64,000 bases of DNA from Cyanidioschyzon merolae (taxonomy: Eukaryota): assembly GCA_000091205.1 (NCBI GenBank), contig AP006501.2; one strand, 5' to 3'. The position numbers and the translations under genes were made by a program. Shown here piece after piece: positions 1 through 8,640 of this stretch. The notes beneath the pieces are model-generated. The model ran no database searches and was not told the origin of the DNA. It worked only from the letters and a program-made list of their open reading frames with translations. Numbering within the stretch: the first letter of the stretch is position 1; every line of letters begins with the position of its first letter.

Positions 1-1805
1 GTGAAGAGAATGCGTAGGTGCGTGGGATGTGCTGCACGCAACTTGCGCTCATGGAGTACGCATGGATCAGTGGAGATGCACGTCTGTCGGCGCTCTTGTC
101 TCAGGGTTCCGCCTCCAGAGCGCGATGATCGAACGGGATCCCGACGTTTCGACGAATGCGAGCGCCCAGGAGCTGCTATCCAACACGGCCTCGGTAACCG
201 AAATCGCTGCGGTTGTTGTGGAGCAGTCGCTCGGTTCCAAATTGGGAGCAGATGCCGCACGCACTGCAGATCGAAAAGGCTGGTGCCTGCATGATGCATG
301 AACGCCTTCAGCTGTGGCTGGAGAGCGTGGTTGCGTCCCAGTGCACACGAGCGACTCGAGGGGTCGCGTGTATCGACCATCATGAAAACGGGACACATTC
401 GCGAGCGCGCTCTGATGCGCATGGATGGACGTCCGAATTGGTGACTTGCATCGCCTGGTGTCATGCAGTGCACCTCATATGCTGACCCTGTGCTCATGCC
501 GGGATCACGCACATCAATTTCTGGCTTGATAGGAGACCCCGTCGTCGTACGATCTGGCGGCCAAACGGTAAGCGCCGGGCAGCATCATCGGTGGTGCTCG
601 GGTGCACGAGCGGAGATGCTCGGAATCTCTGCACCCGCCAGAACAAACGCCGTGTTGAGGTTCTCGCGGGCGCCATTCCGCCTGTCGCGTGCGTTCGCCA
701 AGAAATCCCACCTCTAAAGTGCTCCCACATTCGACGTTTGTATCCGCGTTGGAGATGCGCTGGCTGCCGAGCGTTCGCGAGTCATCTCGACTGCAAAGGC
801 TCGCATGCACGCTGCCTGATTCCTTAGTTTTTTTGCCCGGTGCCTCCGAGGTGTGGCCGTTCTGCACGGCCTTCGTTCTGGTCTGGCCGCATTCTTTGCA
901 TATTCGCATAGCTGGGCCACCTGGGGGCGCGTCGCGAACTGACCTGCAGGATTTTTCGCAAACGGCAGCAGGCGTAGGCAAAGTCAAACACATGTTTTGT
1001 GAGCTGCAAACGCGCTGTTTCTGTCCTTGAATGCTGGACAACTCAAGAGCGCACTTGAAACTTGTCCCTGAAAACCCGTTCCAGACTGTGATGTGTCAAC
1101 CTCGTATCGATATTTCTTGGAGCTAGAGCGTGTCATACACGATAGAAAGGCGTCCTGTAGAGCCAGAAACGGCTCCAAGGGTTCCGCACCAGCAACCGCC
1201 CAATCCAACGCACCGCGAGCAACCCATTATATGCCGCGCGAGGAGGTGCACGCCTTGTCCGCGTCCGTTTTGAGCTTGCAACGTCTGCGAGGCGGCAGCG
1301 TTCAGATTCGAGACAGGGCACAAGTGCGAGAAGCACGCAGCGCATTCCAATGCAAAAAATTTCCGTTCCGTCGGCACGCCCGCCGGTGTACACGACGGCT
1401 CAACGCGCTCGCCAGGACGGATCTGTTGCCACCAGCGTTCCCGTCACGGGGTCCATGAACTCGAACGGGACCCTGTTGGCACACGCTGGTGTGGATCGAG
1501 TACAAGCGTACCGCTTCGTCAACGAACGAGCGCACGCACTGCACTGCATCGGTCGGAATTTCGCCCCTGGTGCAACGCGCTGTGCAGTGGAGATAATGAG
1601 TGCTCACTGGATGCTTGGAGGCTTGGATGCTTGGCAGGCAGCCAGCGCGCGTCCAGCGCTGGCATCACGCCGGGTTCCGCCGCTCTGGACATGCAGCGGC
1701 TCGAGGCGCACCACCGAAAATTGGCGCGTACCTCGCACGCGCTATCGTGCATCTGGCAGCGAGCGTCAACATCCTGGTAGTCTGCGCCACACACCAGTGA
1801 AGATA

Positions 1806-2243
1806 ATGGTATTCGTTTCGATACCCTCACAACCTGTTACATCAAAAAAGTCGAGGATGTCTCGGCTGGCTTCCGAAAGACCGGTGCTGCGGTGTTCCAA
1901 GGGAACGCGACTGGAGAACAGCGGTGAACCGGCACTGCTTACGCGTCGAGCGTTTCTGGGAGCTGCAGCTGCAGCTGTGTTCGGGCTGGGCAGCGTAGTT
2001 GCACCTTCAGCGTCTGTGGCAGCACCTCTAACGCTGAACCCTTTTGCGCGGAAGAAGGAGGCAAAGTCTTCAAAGGGTAGCAAAACACAAAGTTCGACGG
2101 AAAAGGGTTCGGACACGCAGGCCACTCCGCGGCGGAAGAAAGACGCCCTGGAGACGCTCTCGCCTGAGGACCAGGAGGACATTGATGAGCTCACGAAGCG
2201 CTTAATGTCACGTAAGTCGAGCTCAGAGGAGGCATCGCAGTAA
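1806..2243 (+). CDS. hypothetical small protein with twin-arginine (Tat)-like signal; candidate thylakoid-lumen precursor
   Basis: ORF 1350..2243, real ATG at 1350. The internal Met at 1806 gives an S/T-rich presequence, then the RR motif TRRAFLGAAAAAVFGLG followed by ASVAAP (AxA-like cleavage context), then a ~75-aa K/E/S-rich mature part. I recognise no homolog. Confidence 0.3.
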   Translation: MVFVSIPSQPVTSKKSRMSRLASERPVLRCSKGTRLENSGEPALLTRRAFLGAAAAAVFGLGSVVAPSASVAAPLTLNPFARKKEAKSSKGSKTQSSTEKGSDTQATPRRKKDALETLSPEDQEDIDELTKRLMSRKSSSEEASQ

Positions 2244-2412
2244 CGCATTTGGTGCGTATTTGTAACAGCTGAGTTCGGATATAGCGTGCTTTGCTGGATC
2301 CTTCGAGAGCGCAGCGTATCGCGCCCAGCACGGAATCCAGCGGGTGCGCACTGCGCGACCACTGCAGTCCTGCGCGTCGACACACGTGCAAGCGTTGTCG
2401 ACGAGATGCCTT

Positions 2413-2446
2413 GGCTGCGGCTGCGGCTGCGGCTGCGGCTGCGGCC
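2413..2446. repeat. (GCGGCT)n hexanucleotide microsatellite
   Basis: ggctgcggctgcggctgcggctgcggctgcggc seen directly. It produces spurious poly-Ala and poly-CG ORFs in several frames. Confidence 0.8.
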
Positions 2447-3658
2447 CGGGTACCGCATTCGTCAAGGGAAACGCGAGCGTTACCGATGAGCGGCGCGCAC
2501 CATTGGGCAAGGTGCGGTTCGAGGTGCCGCACCGCAACGCGCCGCAGAAACGCTGCACTTGGAGCGCTAGGGGACCTAAGATACTCGTTTAAACAGGGCA
2601 TAGGGGGATTGATGGATCGACACCGGCCAGGAACGAGTCGCGACAGGCTAGAAATCGGGCGGCATGCCATGCCTCGGCCCGGGATTGAAGCGTAAACGTA
2701 TACAACCGGTTTTCGTGAACGATGACCGAACATGCATTTTGCCGGTGCCAGCCCATGCGTCCGAAAACTTCAATTTCAAAGTCAGCGTAGACGCGTTGAT
2801 CGACGTGCCGGGTATTGCGAGCAGACCGTACGCGAGCCGAGGCGACAGCGGGTCGGCTGCGCAGCGTGTTCACGAACTTGTTCGCGAGGATATCGGCGCT
2901 TTCCAGGCCGGCCCCCGAATCCAACCCGGCGGATATAACTGAGAGATGATCAGACTCTGGAAACAACGGGGACTGGAACGCTGCCAAGACCAACATACCC
3001 TGGTTTGGGTGTCCTTTCGCGGTTGTCGTGATGGCCTCCCTCCGTAGCAACGTGTTCCGCACGGCTTGCTGTCGGCGCAGACGGTCCTCTGTCCAGTCTT
3101 TCGGGCGCCAGAACTGTATGCTGTCGTCACGATAGCAGACCAGGCTATCGTTTGCGGTGCGGGGCAGCGTTTCCGCGCGTGCGTTTGTGCCGCGTCCGCC
3201 GTCGATTGAGAGCAGCAGCAGTAGCGCGGTGCAGAGCTCGCGGCGGGTGTAGAAAACAGCGTTGGTGCTCGTGTTTGGCGTATGTGTACACCGGATGTGG
3301 CTCGTGCCAGTTTGCTTCGTGTGCCGCCCGCGTACTTGTTGATGGTGCAGGGCTGGTGGTGTCAAAAAGGTATACCTCGAGACGATTGTCCGCATACTTG
3401 CGCAGTGCGGAAGCTGATCATCTCAGTTTGTTATCCATGGAATGGACGGCGCGTACCCCTACCGACGATTCGGGCAAATCGCCGATAAAGGCGCACCGCG
3501 TTTACGGCCACAAAAATCCATATATAAAGACTTTGGGATCTCGTATCGGAACTTGTTCCGCTGCGCGCGCACGCCACGCCGGTGGTTATATCTTCTGGGG
3601 CAGCTACGCGAGACGGGGTACAGGGTGTCGCGTCCGCTCCGTTTGACGATTTTTGGGT

Positions 3659-6448
3659 ATGCTCTCGAGCCTGGAAGGTGGCCATTCCCGGGAAGGTGTT
3701 GATGGAGATTACGACGCGATCTTTTTGCGGCTTTTGGAGGACGAGGAGTCCTACACTGGGCGTCAACAGCACCGAGGCACAGTGCTACAGGCACCGCCGG
3801 CGCTCAGAGCGCGCCTTTCACAGGAGGCGCGCACTGGTGCTGCGCCTCAAACCGAGACCGCTAGGGAACGTTCGGCCTTCGACGTCGACCGCTGGGAAAG
3901 TGCATACGCGGACACGAACAGGGGTCTTTCCTGTACGGAGCAGCGCAAGCCTCCCGAGAACGCGTTGGCGCCACGTGAAGTCGCAGCGAGTGCCGGTATC
4001 TCGACCAAGAGTTCAGAAGCAGACCTTCCCGAGTGGATCCGACGTGAAATTTACGTCAGAGATGGGGAGCTTGTTATTCTCCGTGACCGACTGGAACGTC
4101 AGCAGCGGGAACTGATTGCCTTAAGAAACGCGCAGGCCGCAACTACAACAGGTTCGCAGCAGCTTGGGCGAGCGCGCGCCCCCAGCTGGACCGCTGACGC
4201 CCAAAGGCACACCAGACCGAGCCAGGGTCTGCCCAGTGGAAGCGAGCAGGAATTTACGAGTGCTGTCGTCCAAAGACTCGCCACGGAAACTGATCGTTTG
4301 AGAGCGCGATTGGCGTTCCGAGAGCGCGAAATCTCCCAGTTGCGAGAGTTGCTCGCAAAGGTGGTATCCTCGCCAGCACAGGGCGTGGCGGATGGACCAG
4401 TGCATTCGTCGTCGTCGTCGTCGCCGTCGCAAGGGCCACCGCCACCGCCACCGCCACCGTATACATGCAAGAGCGCTGTAAAGCGAACCGCGAACGTATC
4501 CGTGGCCCCAACAACGCATCCGAGTCGGAGTAAGCGGGCTGGTGTCTTTTTCGACGAGAGCCTGCTGTTACTGAACCAACAGTGTGGCGATTCGCTCGCT
4601 TCGCAGCCGCCGAGCCCCAATGCAGCAGCGTCACAGGCCAGGGTCACCGTCGACTGGCGCCAACACGAACCTGGAGAACCCTCTTCCGCTCCTGCATTGC
4701 AGCATTCGCGGCCATGTTCTAGGACAACAAACCTCCAGTACAGTGATCGTACCCAGATCTTCACGATCTTGACGGCTTGCGAGGATTCATGGCGCGAACT
4801 GCTACGCCATGCAGCGCCAACAAATCGCGAGAATCCCCAGGTGAAGCTCGATAACTTTTTCGCTCAGCAGATGCTCGCATTGCTTCGTACCGAAGCAGAC
4901 CTCCGGGAATGTGTGCGGCCGATTCAACAAGCCATGCTCATGAGCTACGCGGCCTGGAAACGCACAGCAGAGCCGTCTCAGGCACTGGACAAGGAAGCAC
5001 GCTTCGCTGCTGCGCTCACTGTTCTGGATGCACTCCTGGAGCACAGCACCGCATTCCGGGATTACTTTATGGATGCGACCAGTCAGGAGCGTGCGGACGG
5101 AGCCTACTCTGCCTCGAATACGAACGGTCTTATGCTCGAGCATCTCATAGAGCTCGTTGTCGATGATTCCTCCTGGGTATTTTGGCAAAATCACCCAGGT
5201 CTGCTGATCGCATGCTTCCGCATCGTGCATAACCTCCTGCGCGGCTGGTGCGTGCGTGTGCGTGAGCGTACCTCACCGCGGGCGCCATCTGCAACATTTC
5301 AGGTTCAAATACGGGTACTCATCGAATCCCCCGTTCTTCGACATATTTTCGCGGAGCTAACCCCTGATCATGCATCGTTACGCGAAACAGCGTGTGCAGC
5401 CTTGGGCTCCGCATTTGCCGTAGAGAATGCGCTGCGCATCTACACCGGAACTGGTTCCGCGGAAGCTCAATGTTGCGGTTGGCAAGCGGCAGCCGTCCAA
5501 AGCGGTAGCATCTGTCGGGTGCTGCGACTCGTCCAGGACGCGCCGCTGCCGCTCACCCTTGACATGCTTGGCCTGGTGGAAGCCGTCTTCCTTGGTCCGT
5601 GTGCCGATACCGCACTCGACGAGTGGATCACACATGTTCGCCCCGAGGATCGATTCGAAGCCCTAGAGGATTTGGTGATCGCCTTGGAGCGGCTCTGGAT
5701 GCCGCTTCAGGAACTGCAGATGTTGTTCCATGAACCATCGGTTGCCGTCCTTGACGAGCGGTATCAAGCGTCGCCTAAACGCAGTGGATCCGCTTTACGA
5801 GGAACGCTTAGAAGCGCGCTGGAACGCTGGCAATGCGTTGCTGCTATGTCCATGCCTCGGAGCGACTCTGGAACAGCAACAACAGCAGTGACAAAGAATA
5901 TGCCGCTGCCAGAGCCATTTCAGTCTGCAACAGTGCAGCAGCTTCAACATGGCATCGTTGGCGTTCTGGCGCTGCTTTATCGCTGGACGCAACCTCTAAC
6001 CGAACGACCATCTGAACCGGATATCCAGCGCCAGTGGACCATTTCGGCAGACAAGGAGAACCGAGAGCGCTCCGAGGGCACCTCAGTGAACGCTTCCCAA
6101 GTCGGAGATCGTCCAGCACACGACTGGCCACATCGACCGGAGCATCTGCGAGCGTCGGTCAGGGCTCGTCTACGCGATCTGCTCCGTAGTTTGCGCCTTG
6201 CCGCTGCTGATCAGCAACGCCAGCGTACACCCGCGGCCGACAACAACTCGTCCGCTGACGCAGCAGACGAGATGGTCGTCCCTTGGATCCACTGGAGCGA
6301 GGCGGCGGACGCCCTCGAGCCCCTGCTCCGGGCGATATGGTGTTGGCTGCACCCCGCAGACGCCAGTTCGGCGACGGTTCACGCAAACGCCAAACCTGCA
6401 GCCGCGATGCCTGCATTGGAATCGACGTCTCTTGCGCCGTTCCGCTGA
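3659..6448 (+). CDS. large hypothetical protein, low-complexity (poly-Ser/poly-Pro) with coiled-coil-like segments
   Basis: ORF 3653..6448 begins with TTG, so the first ATG is at 3659. It is 930 aa with an SSSSSPSQGPPPPPPPP tract. No conserved domain recognised; called only on length and single-frame continuity. Confidence 0.45.
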   Translation: MLSSLEGGHSREGVDGDYDAIFLRLLEDEESYTGRQQHRGTVLQAPPALRARLSQEARTGAAPQTETARERSAFDVDRWESAYADTNRGLSCTEQRKPPENALAPREVAASAGISTKSSEADLPEWIRREIYVRDGELVILRDRLERQQRELIALRNAQAATTTGSQQLGRARAPSWTADAQRHTRPSQGLPSGSEQEFTSAVVQRLATETDRLRARLAFREREISQLRELLAKVVSSPAQGVADGPVHSSSSSSPSQGPPPPPPPPYTCKSAVKRTANVSVAPTTHPSRSKRAGVFFDESLLLLNQQCGDSLASQPPSPNAAASQARVTVDWRQHEPGEPSSAPALQHSRPCSRTTNLQYSDRTQIFTILTACEDSWRELLRHAAPTNRENPQVKLDNFFAQQMLALLRTEADLRECVRPIQQAMLMSYAAWKRTAEPSQALDKEARFAAALTVLDALLEHSTAFRDYFMDATSQERADGAYSASNTNGLMLEHLIELVVDDSSWVFWQNHPGLLIACFRIVHNLLRGWCVRVRERTSPRAPSATFQVQIRVLIESPVLRHIFAELTPDHASLRETACAALGSAFAVENALRIYTGTGSAEAQCCGWQAAAVQSGSICRVLRLVQDAPLPLTLDMLGLVEAVFLGPCADTALDEWITHVRPEDRFEALEDLVIALERLWMPLQELQMLFHEPSVAVLDERYQASPKRSGSALRGTLRSALERWQCVAAMSMPRSDSGTATTAVTKNMPLPEPFQSATVQQLQHGIVGVLALLYRWTQPLTERPSEPDIQRQWTISADKENRERSEGTSVNASQVGDRPAHDWPHRPEHLRASVRARLRDLLRSLRLAAADQQRQRTPAADNNSSADAADEMVVPWIHWSEAADALEPLLRAIWCWLHPADASSATVHANAKPAAAMPALESTSLAPFR

Positions 6449-6555
6449 GTCATCTGTCGGCACCTCGGGTATCACCGGAATGCATCTAGTGACGATGCTC
6501 CATCATTGAGAAATACCCTCTCATTCCTACTTTGAGCGCATCATCCATCAGCGCC

Positions 6556-7965
6556 TCAGCTAGCACCGAAATGCATGCCGAGTTGGAGCTCCATCATGGC
6601 CGAAAGACCGTTTCGTTCAAAAGAGTCGCGTGTAAGCCAAAATCGGTGCGCTGCATGATCAGGAATGTTTCGTACGAGGGTCTGTAGACCAAACCAGCCA
6701 GTGTGCAGGGGATCTGGTGTGTCAGCGTCAGCCTCTGACGTCATCGCATCGATTCGGCGTTCGCCGATCCAAACCTGAACTGGAGTCCAGGCTGGTAAAA
6801 GGCTCCGCAACTCTTGCTGAAAACGCGCCGCAAAGCCCCTGAGACGCACGTTACCTCCGATGAGAACCACATGTTGGAGCAAGGCAGGCCAGAGCGCTTT
6901 GGGTATGCGCTCTAGGCTCTGGAGAACAACCTCTGGAATGCCAGCCTGTGGGATCTGAATGGTGTCTTGTGGTGCGAAGAGCGACTCGGGTGCGAGGAAA
7001 TGCTCGTTGGTCAACGTTAACACCGAACCCAAAGTCGCTGTCTCGTCAGCTCCGTCAGCATCTGCGTCTTCTTTGTCGATTGCGGCTGTCGTGGTGATGC
7101 TGGTATGCTCCGGAGCCAGCACTCGGCCGTAGCGAAACTCGCCGCGGTCCGTCTCGTTTGGTAGCAGGTACCGTATCCGAGTCTCTTCTGAATGCAGGCG
7201 ACTCCGCTGCAGTTCCCGCTCAAGGTCCGCACACACGTAGCACACGCGCTCCTTGAGCCGCTGTACCAGGAAGCTCTCCTTCATCAGGTTCCAGGAACGG
7301 TAACTGATCAGTTCCTTAAGATAGTTATTCAGGAGCCGTCCGCCTACATCGAGGCGACGCACCGCGTAGTTCAGGAGCTGTCCACCAAAGACCGGTACAA
7401 CATGCGTAAAACTATGACCGGAGTCTATGACAAGACCAGTGGCGCGACTCCATGGGCTCGGTGAGGCTGCTGTGCCCGTCACGAGCGTCTCGTGGTGCAT
7501 GAGCGCTGCGTAGGCGGTGCAGGTGACGTAGACCGCGGATACGTCGAAGTAAAAGAATGCGGTTTTCAGCATCCGTTCTAGCGCTGGTAGCGGACAAAGC
7601 GGGGGCACCGTCAATACGAGGCGTTTCCTGGTCAATGATAGTTTCTCCTGGGCGAGCACATCGCTCCAGATCTTGGCTTGCAGCGCCAAGTCGGTAACAA
7701 GTCCGCGATCGATAGGTCGTCGAACCCGCAGACCCAGTGGAGAACACTGCTCCAGTGCTGCCCCGCAAAGCGTCTTGCGCTCTGCAGGCGAGTGCGTTAC
7801 CCCAGAGCGCTTTGCACCAGCGTCAGTGTCAGCACCAGTTGAATGTTTCACACGAGCGAGGCCGTTCACGTGGACTCGCGGTGCGGCGTCGCCAAGCAGA
7901 CCGATTTTCACAGTGTCTGCACCGTTATCCAACAAGATTATGGACGCGTCAATAAAATCGCTCAT
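6556..7965 (-). CDS. ARP6: actin-related protein, ARP6-like (SWR1-complex type)
   Basis: Actin-fold N-terminus (IILLDNGADTVKIG). ARP6-like block NNYLKELISYRSWNLMKESFLVQRLKERVCYV, resembling human ACTR6 [32 protein letters not shown]. The ORF opens with GTG, so the start was moved to the first ATG (MSDFID). Confidence 0.7.
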   Translation of the reverse strand: MSDFIDASIILLDNGADTVKIGLLGDAAPRVHVNGLARVKHSTGADTDAGAKRSGVTHSPAERKTLCGAALEQCSPLGLRVRRPIDRGLVTDLALQAKIWSDVLAQEKLSLTRKRLVLTVPPLCPLPALERMLKTAFFYFDVSAVYVTCTAYAALMHHETLVTGTAASPSPWSRATGLVIDSGHSFTHVVPVFGGQLLNYAVRRLDVGGRLLNNYLKELISYRSWNLMKESFLVQRLKERVCYVCADLERELQRSRLHSEETRIRYLLPNETDRGEFRYGRVLAPEHTSITTTAAIDKEDADADGADETATLGSVLTLTNEHFLAPESLFAPQDTIQIPQAGIPEVVLQSLERIPKALWPALLQHVVLIGGNVRLRGFAARFQQELRSLLPAWTPVQVWIGERRIDAMTSEADADTPDPLHTGWFGLQTLVRNIPDHAAHRFWLTRDSFERNGLSAMMELQLGMHFGAS

Positions 7966-8286
7966 AAGAAGTGCCTTTCTGCGGAACACTGCGAACTGTT
8001 ATGGGTCCATGCGTCCACGCTGCACACGACCGTCGGTAGGACACGTGGCTGCACCGCGTTCCCCGTTCCAGTCCGGTCGATGCGGTACCGTCAACAACCG
8101 CACTGGAGACGTGCTCTTCCAGAGTTCTACCTACGCGTAAACTAAGACCGCGGCGGGTACGTGCGCTTCTTATGGACCCTCTGTGGGTACCCGGCAGAAC
8201 TCGCTAGCGGTCGGGTAACGAGCGCACCACTGCTACGGCTCCTGTACAGGGGCTTCGGCGACGGTGCCTGCGCACTCTCTTTTCTT

Positions 8287-8640
8287 TTCGCTCACCAAAC
8301 GTTTATGTTGTACCTGGATCCCTTATCGCGGGACGAGAACTGGCTATCGGGAAAACGCCCATCGTGATACGCCTCACCCTCAAGTTCCATTCCTTACAAT
8401 TCCTTTCGGATGTACTGGTCGTTTCATAGGTTGTAGCGAGCATCGAGTGCCCGTCGTGCTGCATCCACCTTGGCGCCTAGACAGCTGGTGCAGATGCACC
8501 TTAGAGACAGAACGGCTTTGCCGTACCACTGGGGGCTTCGGCTCGAGATGTGGTGCACCTGACACGGATTCGGAGTCCATCATCATGCTGGGGGCCTGGA
8601 AACTGCGCTGAAAGAGCTACCGTCTGCGGCAGCTCGAAGC
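8287..8640 (+). repeat. conserved ~300-nt structured module (copy 1). Candidate omega-RNA scaffold, element end or MITE
   Basis: Homologous to 38985-39338, 51556-51835, 56320-56620 (reverse complement) and partially to 18700-18790. Conserved core ggtgcagatgcacc ttagagacagaacgg ... gggcttcggctcgag, containing a hairpin GGTGCA-GA-TGCACC and a UUCG-type loop. Confidence 0.6.

Noticed and set aside
2191-2733. Poly-Ala, poly-Pro-Gln and poly-Cys-Gly ORFs around 2400-2460
   Set aside because: They are alternative-frame translations of the (GCGGCT)n microsatellite, not genes.
4099-4764. Minus-strand ORFs (221, 132 and 126 aa) overlapping the 3659-6448 gene
   Set aside because: Antisense shadow ORFs of a GC-rich coding region. 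The poly-G and poly-R runs mirror the sense-strand poly-P and poly-S.
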